Shown here piece after piece: positions 49,100-59,137 of a stretch of DNA of 64,000 nucleotides. Source of the DNA: Nitrospinales bacterium (lineage in GTDB: Bacteria > Nitrospinota > Nitrospinia > Nitrospinales > VA-1); NCBI GenBank assembly GCA_965223795.1, contig CBDCXL010000002.1:1504001-1568000 (forward strand). Direction: 5' to 3'. The notes beneath the pieces were generated by a model. That model was given only the letters and a program-made list of their open reading frames with translations. It was not told the DNA's origin and searched no databases. The stretch's first letter is position 1. Each line of letters starts with the position of its first letter. The translations under genes and the position numbers were made by a program.

Positions 49100-50661
49100 C
49101 AGGGACCATGCATATTAAAATAAAAATGCCGCCTGTATTGGAGACGCCGCTGGCGTGCGCGCTTGCAGGTTCCTTGTTGCTGCACACCGTACTGGTATTT
49201 TTATACGGGACGATCCTGATTCCGGAAAAATCGGATTCGCCGCCGCCGAAAAAATTCAAAATCGAAATGGTGAAACGAAAACCCGAGCCGGTGAAAAAGG
49301 TGGAAGTCATTAAGAAACCGATCAAAAAACCAACAGAAATCACTCCTATACCCGTAAAAAAACCGCGCGCGCCGATCACAGCCAAATCGCTGCGGCAGAA
49401 GGAAGTCAAGGTCATGCCGGTCACAGACTTCATTCCAGAAAAACCGAAGCCGGCTCCCCAGAAAGTTCAGTCATCCATCTCAACAAAAAAAATCAAGCAA
49501 AAGGATATCGACATCAAGCCGGTCTCACACCTGGTTGCGGAAAAAATCAAACTGAACCCGCCTAGAATCACTACAAAACCGCTGCAAATCGCAAAAGCCA
49601 GTGTGCATACCGAACCCGACAGGGTGGCAGCGCGGAAGATGAAACCTGTGAAAATTCGGAATCACAATACAGCAAAGCCTCAGGGGCTGCAAAGCGCAAA
49701 GGCCGCTTCGGTTGTTCCCACTCAGATTCTAAGACCTCTTAAGAATGTGCCTTCTTTACAACAGAGCGCCGGGACAGCAACCCGTATTCACAAACATTCT
49801 GCGAAATCAGTCGATCTGCCATCAAAACCGAAAATGGAGACGGCACTTGCAGTGTTGACAAACGACTCCATGTCCAGGAAATCCATTCGTCAAACATCTA
49901 AAGCCATTGCGACTGAACCCTCGACCGCCCCAACCGTCTTGGCGCACAACAAAATATCTTTGGAGAAAAAAGTTCCTGTTTCATTGCAAACGAACAAGCC
50001 CTCCGGTCCCACCGTTTTCCCTGCTGCGCGAAAACGGGTGGCGACGGAGAAAACCGCTTTCCTCCCCAAACGTGTGAGAAAAGCGGCAGTCTTTAAGGAA
50101 GCGCCTTCTCGATCGGAAAGTATTCAATCCATACAACCCAAGAAATTTTATCGACCGGAAAACACATCGTTTGATACGGCAAGCCCAATGAGCGCAGTGA
50201 AGGCACGGCCCATCGACACGCTACCATCATCGAGAGCGGCCCTTTCGGTTCATCCAATGAAACGCCCCTCTTCGGCATACTCGAAAAGAGAGATCGTGCA
50301 AAAAGGAGTACGGGTCGCGGCTGCCGTCTTTCCGGCCCCACGCGCGGTTCCAATCGTTGTCGATGAAGGCATTCTGGAAGGGTATCTGGGCCAACTGCAG
50401 TCCCTGATCGCGTCCGCTAAAAAATACCCTGAAAGCGCAAGGCAATCCGGTCACGAGGGAAAGGTGACCGTGCAGTTTAAGGTGTTGAAGAACGGAGACG
50501 TGAAAGATATCAAACTGGTTACAAAATCCAACCATCCCGATCTGGACCGGGAAGCGGTGGCCGCTGTCAAAAGGGCAGCACCTCTAAAAGGGTTGCCGGA
50601 TGAGATCGGCAAACCCTTTCTGGATATAATGCTTCCCTTCAAGTTTCAATTGAATGAATGA
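49096..50661 (+). CDS. tonB: TonB with a very long Lys/Pro-rich linker
   Basis: TM SLLLH; C-terminal YP..AR..G.EG.V.V.F...G...LDREA. Confidence 0.9.
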   Translation: MTGTMHIKIKMPPVLETPLACALAGSLLLHTVLVFLYGTILIPEKSDSPPPKKFKIEMVKRKPEPVKKVEVIKKPIKKPTEITPIPVKKPRAPITAKSLRQKEVKVMPVTDFIPEKPKPAPQKVQSSISTKKIKQKDIDIKPVSHLVAEKIKLNPPRITTKPLQIAKASVHTEPDRVAARKMKPVKIRNHNTAKPQGLQSAKAASVVPTQILRPLKNVPSLQQSAGTATRIHKHSAKSVDLPSKPKMETALAVLTNDSMSRKSIRQTSKAIATEPSTAPTVLAHNKISLEKKVPVSLQTNKPSGPTVFPAARKRVATEKTAFLPKRVRKAAVFKEAPSRSESIQSIQPKKFYRPENTSFDTASPMSAVKARPIDTLPSSRAALSVHPMKRPSSAYSKREIVQKGVRVAAAVFPAPRAVPIVVDEGILEGYLGQLQSLIASAKKYPESARQSGHEGKVTVQFKVLKNGDVKDIKLVTKSNHPDLDREAVAAVKRAAPLKGLPDEIGKPFLDIMLPFKFQLNE

Positions 50662-50713
50662 GTTCACCAATGCAGTCAACAATGCCGCAAACAACCTTTT
50701 TAAGGAATCAGCA

Positions 50714-51469
50714 ATGGGCCACAAGGAAAAAGCAAATACGAAATGGATCCCACACGTTATCAGCTCGGTTTTTCTTATCGTTGTTTTACCGGTTTCAATT
50801 TGTATGGCTGAAGTCAATGAAATTGATTCCGACTTTGATGGAAAAATCGATCAATGGCAGCATGTGTCCAAAGAGGGAATCATAGAAAAAATCGAGCACG
50901 ATTCCGATGCCGACGGGAAAGTGGATCAGGTTGATTTTTACGGGAAAAACAAACAGGTCTCGCGTGTTGAATTTGACAGGAACCAGGACGGCAAAATGGA
51001 TCATTTCCAGATTTATTCCGATGCGGGGAAACTGACTCTGGTGGAGAAATCCAGCAAATTCAACGATTATATCGATTGGAGGGAAGTGTACGGGGACAAT
51101 GAGAAGCTGTCTAAAGTGGAAATCGACAAGGATCAGAACAAAAAAATGGACACCTGGCAGTTTTACAATGAACAGGAAAAGCTGATCCGGGTGGAAAGAG
51201 ACTCAGACGGCAGCGGAAACGTGGACCAATGGAGCGTATTTTCATCGAATGAAAAACTGGAGCATTCGGCGTTTGACACCACGGGCGACGGCAAACCCGA
51301 CCAATGGCAGTATTTCGATCCGTCCAACAAACTGATAAAAGTGGAATACGACACCAACAAGGATGGCAAGGCCGACCGCTGGGAACATTTCAATGCCTCC
51401 GGCGATGTGTCCAAGGTGGAGCTGGACCGAAACTTCGACGGCAAGGTGGATATGACACAAAAAAAATAG
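50714..51469 (+). CDS. Exported protein with about 9 Dx[DN]xDG-type repeats
   Basis: DSDFDGKIDQW, DSDADGKVD, DRNQDGKMD, DTTGDGKPDQW, DTNKDGKADRW, DRNFDGKVD at ~25-aa spacing. Confidence 0.85.
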   Translation: MGHKEKANTKWIPHVISSVFLIVVLPVSICMAEVNEIDSDFDGKIDQWQHVSKEGIIEKIEHDSDADGKVDQVDFYGKNKQVSRVEFDRNQDGKMDHFQIYSDAGKLTLVEKSSKFNDYIDWREVYGDNEKLSKVEIDKDQNKKMDTWQFYNEQEKLIRVERDSDGSGNVDQWSVFSSNEKLEHSAFDTTGDGKPDQWQYFDPSNKLIKVEYDTNKDGKADRWEHFNASGDVSKVELDRNFDGKVDMTQKK

Positions 51470-51572
51470 CGCGCTTGCTGCAACGGGCAAAGTTTCCTGC
51501 CTACGGTTCGCCCCCGAAACCAAATACATCGTTGGCTTTAAATATATTATTGCCCCTTGTTTCCCGCTGTTC

Positions 51573-51896
51573 TCAGGCGGACCGGGACTTCGGCCGCCAG
51601 CGAAATCGAGACAATGAGATCCTCCCCCCGGCGTCAATTTCAACGCCCTCATCCTCCAGCAACACGCGTTGCCGCTTTTCACAACCCGGATTCGAACGCC
51701 TGCTGATTTCCCCTTTTGCGTTGATGACGCGATGCCAGGGTATCGCATGGCAAGGGGAAAGGGCATGCAGTGCGTAGCCGACCTGACGCGGCTGACGCGG
51801 CAACCCCGCCATTTCGGCGATCTGGCCGTAAGTGGCGACGCGGCCGCAGGGAATTTTTTTCACGGCGGCATAGATTTTTTTATAGGCAGGACTCAT
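51573..51896 (-). CDS. Alkyltransferase-like protein (ATL/YbaZ, MGMT family)
   Basis: IP.GRVATYGQIA, RQVG, PWHRV (Trp in place of the catalytic Cys). Confidence 0.92.
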   Translation of the reverse strand: MSPAYKKIYAAVKKIPCGRVATYGQIAEMAGLPRQPRQVGYALHALSPCHAIPWHRVINAKGEISRRSNPGCEKRQRVLLEDEGVEIDAGGRISLSRFRWRPKSRSA

Positions 51897-52038
51897 CTTC
51901 GGGTCCCGTATTCCGGGACAGGCACGAATTCGTTTTCCATGCGGCATCCCTGCGGTTTGACTCTCTACAGGGATAGATATATTTTAATGACATTGAATGA
52001 CAGTTAGAAATATGTTTTTAAAACTGATTGGAAACACG

Positions 52039-52193
52039 ATGCCACAGTTTATGATCGCGAATTATGGCGGGAGACAGCCGGACTCAGAAGAAGAGGGGAT
52101 GGCGCAAATGCAGAAATGGAAGGCCTGGGTCCAGGGCCTGGGGGATGCGATCGTCAACCCCGGAACGCCTTTTCCGGAAACCAGAATCGTGAC
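52039..52193 (+). pseudogene. Truncated YciI-like gene
   Basis: MPQFM..YGG.QP.S.EEG..QM.KWKAW..GLGDAIVNPGTP; similarity ends at about 52193. Confidence 0.6.
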
Positions 52194-52483
52194 AAGGGGG
52201 TTGCGCAGATCGTGGGCCGCCATTCCCAGAAATTTATTTTTCACCTCGGCGCAATCTCTCGAAAATTGCCGTAAGACCGGAGGTTGCGGGATATCCGGAA
52301 GCCTGCGGGGAACCAACGGCAGGACACTTCTTGCATGGCGAAAGGAACCTCATGAAAGGTGAACGCGTAGAATCTTTTCAGGAAGGAAAGCGGAAGGTTA
52401 CCAGACGGCCTGGGACAGGACCGGCCGCGGGTATCCGGCTCATTTGGCAAGGCGCAACGCAACACCATCGAGGATGCGTGCGA

Positions 52484-53545
52484 TCAGGGGGTGTTTGGCG
52501 TCAGACCGCCGTCATCGTATTTGTGTTTGATCGCCTGAATCTCCGGCAGAATGACTTTAAAATGCTCGACGAGCTTGGGATCAAAATGAATGCCTTTCTG
52601 CTCTTCGATGAATTGAACCGCTTTCTCAAACGGCCAGGCATCTTTGTAAGGCCGGTTCGATGTCAACGCGTCGAACACATCGCACAATGCCACGATCCGG
52701 CCCTCAATGGAAATTTCGTTTTCCTTGAGGCCAAAAGGGTACCCCCTGCCATTCCATTTTTCATGATGGTGCAAGACGATCAGGCGCGCTGTATGGATGA
52801 CCTCGGAATTCCCTCCTGATAAAATGTCCGCTCCGATGATCACATGCTTCTTCATGATTTCTCTTTCATCGAATTCCAGCTTGCCGGGCTTCAGCAGCAC
52901 GTTGTCCGGTATTCCTATTTTCCCGATATCGTGCATGGGGGCGGTTTTATGAATCAAATCGCACTGTTCTTCTGTCAGCCCGGCCTGCCGCCCCAACAGG
53001 GCCGAAAACTTGGCCATGCGCACGGCATGCATGCCCGTTTCGTTGTCTTTGAATTCCGCCGCCCGGCCCAACAGGCGGATCACCTGCATGCGGGTCTCCT
53101 GCAATTCAGAACTGCTGTCCAGCACCTTCTTTTCCAGCAATCTGTTTTTACTTTTTATTTCATCAATGCTGATCTTCGCCCGGATGCAGTTGTCGATTCT
53201 GGCGAGCAGATCGGGGATGGGCAGCTGCTTGTCCAGCAGATCGGTCGCGCCCATCTCCAATGCCTTGTTCTTCAGATTTTCATCTTCCAGCCCCGTCATG
53301 AAGACGACGGGAATGTCTTTTGTCCGGTCTTCTCCTTTCAATACTTTCAAAAACTCGAAACCACTTTTCCCCGGCATGGATATATCGGAGACGATGACGT
53401 CGTAGTCATTGTTGAAGCAGTTTTGCAGAGCCGTGTCCGCATCGTCCACAAAGGACATGAACCAGTTGTATTTCTTTTTTTGAAGATTCCGCTTGAGTCC
53501 TTCGAGATAGATCTGTTCGTCGTCTACAAAAAGTATCTGATTCAT
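52484..53545 (-). CDS. Response regulator with an HD-GYP phosphodiesterase domain
   Basis: REC (FVDD, SDISMPG); MHDIGK, HHEKWNGRGYP, DVFDALTS.RPYK. Confidence 0.95.
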   Translation of the reverse strand: MNQILFVDDEQIYLEGLKRNLQKKKYNWFMSFVDDADTALQNCFNNDYDVIVSDISMPGKSGFEFLKVLKGEDRTKDIPVVFMTGLEDENLKNKALEMGATDLLDKQLPIPDLLARIDNCIRAKISIDEIKSKNRLLEKKVLDSSSELQETRMQVIRLLGRAAEFKDNETGMHAVRMAKFSALLGRQAGLTEEQCDLIHKTAPMHDIGKIGIPDNVLLKPGKLEFDEREIMKKHVIIGADILSGGNSEVIHTARLIVLHHHEKWNGRGYPFGLKENEISIEGRIVALCDVFDALTSNRPYKDAWPFEKAVQFIEEQKGIHFDPKLVEHFKVILPEIQAIKHKYDDGGLTPNTP

Positions 53546-54038
53546 GGAAACGTCCTTTAAGCCCCGGCCAGGGCGAAGCAAGGTTCGAAAGCGGAACGTT
53601 CTTTAAAGAAAGACTTTTCGTCACGCGCCGCAGCGCGCCATCTAATTACATTTAATCTCCATATAATAATTCAGACTATCCGCTAAAAGGATTGAATTCA
53701 ATGAATATCAACCGCACTTTGGATCGAAAACAGCGATAAAATGATAAGAATCTGTTAAACCGGACTTTAGTTCAGCACGTTATTTTGCTCCCCAAAACAG
53801 CGCTTCCCGTAACGCCCCCACGGTCTTTTGATACGGTTCTCCACGCTGCATCCCGGCTGAAGCAAGAGCGCCGGCATACAAACAATGCCCTGAATTTCCG
53901 CCGGTTCTTTTCCGCTTGCGAGAAAATTGCCAACCGTCCTTCCTTGTGCTAATCTAATAAGTTACAATCATGGTAAACATAAACTAACTCATAACCGTTT
54001 GATTTTACTAGCGGCTATTCGCATTGGAATTCCCATCC

Positions 54039-54965
54039 ATGGAAAACAATCTCAAAATCCTGGTGGTCGACGACAGTTCCGAGGACCGGGAAACGTGCAG
54101 CCGCCTGTTGAGCAAATGCCTGGATTCCAACATTGACCTTTTGCAATGCGACAATGGTCAGGACGCCCTCAAGGTGTGCGCCGAGGAAATTCCCGATTGC
54201 CTTCTGCTCGACTATCTGCTGCCGGATATGGACGGACTCGAATTCCTTTCCTGTGTCACCCAAAAGGGATTCCCCAACCCCATCATCATGATGACCGGCC
54301 AGGGAAGCGAATCCATCGCTGTGGAAGCCATGAAAAGCGGCGCGCACGATTACCTGATCAAAAATTCCTTCACTTCCGAAGCGCTGTACAGCGCGATTGT
54401 GAACGCCATCGAAGCGAATAAAGCCGATGAAACCAAAAAATGGAAAACCCAGGCGCTGGTCGATCCTTTGACCAAGGTTCTCAACCGCAACGCTTACAAT
54501 CTGACCATCGAGCAGGCGATTCGGGAATACCAGCGCTATCAGGTGCCCACCGTGCTTGTGCTGATCGACATCGACAACTTCAAAGCCTTCAATGACAACT
54601 ACGGTCATAAAACCGGGGACACGATGCTGCACAACGTGGCGGCGTCCGTCACCCAGTCCATCCGGGCTTCGGATTATATCTTTCGTTACGGGGGCGAGGA
54701 ATTTGCCGTGCTGCTGAATAAAATTTCCCTGTCCCAGGCTGCCGTCGTTGCGGAAAAAATCCGCCTGCAGGTGAAGGCGAAATACACGCTGTACAACGGA
54801 AAAAAACTGAACTCGACGATCAGCCTGGGCATTTCGGCTTTGCAGGAAAACGACACCGAAGAGACGGTGTTCGTCCGCGCGGACAAAGCGCTCTACGAAG
54901 CCAAACAAAGCGGCAAGGACCGGGTCGTCGTGTTTTCAGAAAACGTGGCCTCGCCGGCCGGATGA
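54039..54965 (+). CDS. Response regulator diguanylate cyclase (REC-GGDEF)
   Basis: REC; DIDNFK..ND.YGH..GD, RASD I-site, RYGGEEF. Confidence 0.95.
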   Translation: MENNLKILVVDDSSEDRETCSRLLSKCLDSNIDLLQCDNGQDALKVCAEEIPDCLLLDYLLPDMDGLEFLSCVTQKGFPNPIIMMTGQGSESIAVEAMKSGAHDYLIKNSFTSEALYSAIVNAIEANKADETKKWKTQALVDPLTKVLNRNAYNLTIEQAIREYQRYQVPTVLVLIDIDNFKAFNDNYGHKTGDTMLHNVAASVTQSIRASDYIFRYGGEEFAVLLNKISLSQAAVVAEKIRLQVKAKYTLYNGKKLNSTISLGISALQENDTEETVFVRADKALYEAKQSGKDRVVVFSENVASPAG

Positions 54966-55089
54966 GTCGACCTGTTCCGCGGTCCGGCGATTTGCAAGCG
55001 AGCGCGGCTTAAAGCGGTGCACGCAAAGCCTAAGCAGCGAGCCGGGGTCTTTGAGATTCCCTCAGCTTGAACCCTGTATAGAATCTTTA

Positions 55090-56820
55090 ATGGCCAACCA
55101 CACAAAAATCATTCTCCTTTGTGGCCTGCTTTTCGGGCTCCTCGTTGCCGGACTGGTCCGGCACGAACAGCTCTCGGTGCTCGAGGGCCGGTTCGCGCAG
55201 GAAGTGAAGCGCTACGGAACCATTCTCAAAGACAAGCTGGAACTCAATGAACTGACGCTGGTGGGGATCGAATCCCTGTTCAAGGCTTCCCGGGAAGTGA
55301 CCCGGCAGGAGTTCAATGTCTTTGTGCAGCCTTTTCTCGATCACACCCCGTTCATCCAGGCGCTGGAATGGATTCCGCGCGTGCCGCACGAAGAACGCCA
55401 GGAACTGGAACGCCGGGCCCGTCAGGACGGACTTTCCGGCTTCAAGATCCGGGAACGTGCGAGCGGAGGGGAGATGGTGCCCGCGCAACAACGCGCGGAG
55501 TACTATCCGGTCTATTTCATGCAGCCCCATGCCGGCAACGAAACGGCGCTGGGTTTCGATCTGGCGAGCCATCCCGTCCGGCTCAAGAGTCTCAAGCAGG
55601 CCATCGACACCGGGAAACCTGTGGCCACCTCAAAAATCACCCTCGTGCAGGAGACAGGGAACCAGTCGGGTCTGCTCATCTTTCTTCCCATTTATCTCGG
55701 CAAGCAAGTCCCTGAAAGCGTGGAGCGGCGCCGGCAGGACATCGCCGGATTCATCGTCGGCGTGTACCGGATCGGCGACATGATCGAGGAAATCATCCAG
55801 TCGAATTTCACGGAGCACATCAACCTGGCGGTGTACCAGGGCGATGAGGCCCACACCGGTGCGCTGATGTTCGGGAATCCGCAGGCGGGCGCCTTGTTCG
55901 AGACTCAGGAAGTCATCCCGGTGAGCGGGAAACGGTGGACCCTGATCTGGCAGGCGGCAAAAGACTACAAACCCTTCAGCGACAACGATTCGGTTCTGGC
56001 GGGAATCGCCACGTTCGTCATTTTTATTTTGATCGCGGTCATCTTTCAGATGAACGTTTCAAAAACGCGCAGGGTGGAACAGCTGGTGGAACAGAGGACG
56101 AAAGAGCTGGAAGCCAAGAATCTGGAGCTGGAGGAATTCACCTACCGGACCTCACACGACCTCAAGGCGCCCCTGGTCAACATCCGCGGTTTGAGCGGTA
56201 TCATGAAGATGGATCTGGATGACGGCGATTACGATGAGGTCCTGGCCAATATCGACAAGATCGGGACTCTGTCCTTTAAGCTGGAAAGCGTCGTCAGCAA
56301 TATCGTCGAAGCGGCGAAGGTGGACGGCCTGAAAGAAGAGTATGAAGCGGTGGACATTGCGGAGGTCATGCGATCGATCCAGGAAAACCTCAACTACCTG
56401 ATCGACGAGAAGCAAATCGATGTGCGGGTGAGCATCGACACCGAAAAACCCTTGATCACCAAACGAAACCTCATCCACCGGGTGCTGGAAAACCTGATCT
56501 CCAATGCCATCAAGTATTGCGACCCCGACAAGCCGCTGCGGTTCGTGAAGGTGGCGGTGCGGGACATTGCGGGAAAAACGCAAATCAAGGTGTGGGACAA
56601 CGGCCTAGGGATTCCCAAGGAAAATCAGGACGACGTGTTCAGCATGTTCAAACGCTTTCACCAATCGTCTTCGTTCGGAACCGGGCTCGGCCTGTATCTG
56701 GTGAAAAAGAATCTGGATAAAATCAACGGCGAGATCTCACTGGAGAGCAGCCCCGAAGGCACGGTCTTCACCATTTCCCTGCCGCAAGTCCAGACCGCAT
56801 CGACGATCGCGCAAAGCTGA
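55090..56820 (+). CDS. CHASE-domain sensor histidine kinase
   Basis: CHASE (ALEWIPRV, NETALGFDL, ITLVQ); SHDLKAPL, NLISNAIKY, DNG.GI, GTGLGL. Confidence 0.93.
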   Translation: MANHTKIILLCGLLFGLLVAGLVRHEQLSVLEGRFAQEVKRYGTILKDKLELNELTLVGIESLFKASREVTRQEFNVFVQPFLDHTPFIQALEWIPRVPHEERQELERRARQDGLSGFKIRERASGGEMVPAQQRAEYYPVYFMQPHAGNETALGFDLASHPVRLKSLKQAIDTGKPVATSKITLVQETGNQSGLLIFLPIYLGKQVPESVERRRQDIAGFIVGVYRIGDMIEEIIQSNFTEHINLAVYQGDEAHTGALMFGNPQAGALFETQEVIPVSGKRWTLIWQAAKDYKPFSDNDSVLAGIATFVIFILIAVIFQMNVSKTRRVEQLVEQRTKELEAKNLELEEFTYRTSHDLKAPLVNIRGLSGIMKMDLDDGDYDEVLANIDKIGTLSFKLESVVSNIVEAAKVDGLKEEYEAVDIAEVMRSIQENLNYLIDEKQIDVRVSIDTEKPLITKRNLIHRVLENLISNAIKYCDPDKPLRFVKVAVRDIAGKTQIKVWDNGLGIPKENQDDVFSMFKRFHQSSSFGTGLGLYLVKKNLDKINGEISLESSPEGTVFTISLPQVQTASTIAQS

Positions 56821-56893
56821 TCGCAAACCCTGCCCTATTGCGCTTCCTCACGCTACGATTCGTTGCGACACCGTTCGCCGGACGCTACGGCTT

Positions 56894-58300
56894 TCACTCG
56901 GCGACAAGAAAATGCGCCCGGCGATTCTTGTACCAGCACAGTTCGTTGCTTTCGGTGCAGAAAGGCCGTTCTTCACCGTAGCTGATGGTGCGGATGCGGC
57001 TTTCGTCGACGCCGAGGAACACCAGGAACGATTTTGTCGCGCGGGCGCGCCGCTCACCCAGGCTGATGTTGTAGCTGTTGCTGCCGCGCTCGTCGCAGTG
57101 CCCCTCGACTTCAATCTTTAAATTCGGATAGGACATCAGATACGCCGCGTTCTTGCGCAGTTTTTCTTTGGATTTGTCATCCAGGTCGTGGCGGTCGAAT
57201 GCAAAATGGATGTCCTGCAGGCTGTCGGAGGCGCGGTAAGGCAGAAACCGCCGCACTTCCTCTTGACGCGTCATCGGCTCCAGCTTCGCGGTCTCTTCGG
57301 GAACAAACGGCTCGGCGGCAAAGGAGCCGGTGGAACCGTCGCCCGGCATGCCCTGCTCGGCGCTGCCGAAGTCGGGACCGGGACCGGGCTTTTCATAGCC
57401 GCCGCCGGAACCGGATTCGTCGATGTCTTCTTCGGTGAACAGCTGCCGTCCGGCAGACGCACTTTCTTCTTCTGCCGGCAACCTGCCGGTGTCACCGCCG
57501 CGGTCCCCGTCAAACGGCTCGGCGGCGAAGGAACCGGTGGAGCCGTCGCCCGGCATGCCCAGGGGCCCGCCGCCGAATTCCCGGCCGGTGCCGGGCTTTT
57601 CAAAGCCGCCGCCACCGCCCGGCTCCTGCCCCTGAAACAGATCGGATGATGCGACTTCGGATTCCTGGCCACCGGGTTCACCGCCCGGGCCTGCGGCAAA
57701 CGGTTCGGCCGCGAAAGAACCGGTGGAACCATCGCCCGGCATGCCCAGGGGCCCGCCGCCGAATTCCTGGCCGGTGCCGGGTTTCTCAAAAGCAAAACTT
57801 CCCTCTCCGGAATCGGCCAGGCCGCCGGGCAGCGCAGCATCGCCGCCATCCGCGACCGCCCCATCCGGGCTGCCAGCCGTGGCACCCGCGTCACCGCCGC
57901 GGTCCCCGTCAAACGGCTCGGCCGCGAAGGAACCGGTGGAACCGTCACCCGGCATGCCCTGCGCCGCGCCGCCAAAATCCCGGCCCGGCTGCGCTTCCAC
58001 CTGCGGGATTTCGATCCCGGTTCCGCGATCCTGTGCAAACGGTTCGGCTGCAAAGGAGCCGGTGGCGCCGTCGCTCGGCATGCCCTGTGGCGCGCTGCCG
58101 AACTCCCGGCCGGTCTCCGCCTCCGGTGCGGCGGAAGCCACCTCGCCGAAACTGTCGTCGACCCGCTCGAGACTGCTGTCCATTCCATAGCGGGAATCGA
58201 ATTCGGCGGCGTCGCGGTTCAGGGGGCCTTTGGAACAACCGGCGGCCACAATGGCGAGCAATACCGGCGCGATCCAGAAGGTTTGTTTCGGTCTGATCAT
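56894..58300 (-). CDS. pal: Pal/OmpA-domain lipoprotein with a long repeat-containing linker
   Basis: Lipobox AAGC; C-terminal EGHCDERGS..YN.SLGERRA, ISYGEERP, NRRA. Confidence 0.88.
   Translation of the reverse strand: MIRPKQTFWIAPVLLAIVAAGCSKGPLNRDAAEFDSRYGMDSSLERVDDSFGEVASAAPEAETGREFGSAPQGMPSDGATGSFAAEPFAQDRGTGIEIPQVEAQPGRDFGGAAQGMPGDGSTGSFAAEPFDGDRGGDAGATAGSPDGAVADGGDAALPGGLADSGEGSFAFEKPGTGQEFGGGPLGMPGDGSTGSFAAEPFAAGPGGEPGGQESEVASSDLFQGQEPGGGGGFEKPGTGREFGGGPLGMPGDGSTGSFAAEPFDGDRGGDTGRLPAEEESASAGRQLFTEEDIDESGSGGGYEKPGPGPDFGSAEQGMPGDGSTGSFAAEPFVPEETAKLEPMTRQEEVRRFLPYRASDSLQDIHFAFDRHDLDDKSKEKLRKNAAYLMSYPNLKIEVEGHCDERGSNSYNISLGERRARATKSFLVFLGVDESRIRTISYGEERPFCTESNELCWYKNRRAHFLVAE
57305..58110 (-). 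repeat. Five intragenic repeats encoding GMPGDGSTGSFAAEPF
   Basis: Copies near 57309, 57516, 57702, 57915 and 58041; synonymous variation between copies. Confidence 0.9.
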
Positions 58301-59137
58301 GGTTTGCCCATTGTGTTCCGATGGAAGCAAGTGCATTTTAAATTTAATGCTCAAGCGCGCTCATCGCACTCATTTTCGACAGCATACAAAAACTCGGGGG
58401 GTCTTTCCACACGTGTTTTACAGCAACTGTTTTGAGCCTTGAGCGTCGACGAATGACGAAACCCGTTCAAGCCAAACTCAATACGCCGCGGAAAACGCAA
58501 AACCTCTTTGAACACAAAACCTTGCCGATTCTTTCCGGGTTTTGCGCAGGACGAAAACGCAATATTAAGGAAAGCCCCGGGGCCCGGGCGCTTGCGTGAC
58601 GGATTTTCGTTCTCACCGGTGCGATGTCCGGTGCGTCCTGTGAACGTAACAGCGCGGCCCCGGTTATTTCAACCCCCGCCTGCCATTTTTATCACCCCAG
58701 GCGTTCCCTGTATAGCCTGGACCGGCCGTTCCCACCGGCCTGCCACCGGGTTTCGACTGTGCTGAGCGGGCGGCGCCAGAGGTCCTCACGGGGGTTCTCC
58801 CACCCTGTGATATCCCTTGCGCGATATTGCTGCGGCGCGATACAGAATGCCTATATTGATTTTTTTTCGCATCAGGGATAAAGGAAACGGTTTTATTTCC
58901 GATACTTATTGAAGGGCCGCTGTTCCGTTTCCGCCGGAAATTCAACGGTTCCCGGCTCCCCGGGCACCTTTGTGACGGATATTCCTTCTATCCGGACAGC
59001 TCATTCCACCCCTGTCGCCGCCGTCCGGAATCACGCTTTTTGTTTGATTCTGCGGATTTTATGGTATCCTGAAAATACCCCATCAATTACGGAATCGATT
59101 TGTTTTCATACACTTATTCAGGCATATCGGGGAACCG

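Noticed and set aside
50800..51460. RHS/YD toxin
   Set aside because: Short, signal-peptide-bearing, no RHS core or toxin tip; the repeats are DxDxDG type
57305..58110. CRISPR array
   Set aside because: The repeats are in-frame coding repeats with synonymous variation and long irregular spacers; no cas genes
58354..59137. Possible ncRNA in the 780-bp pal/response-regulator gap
   Set aside because: Only isolated weak hairpins; nothing I can support
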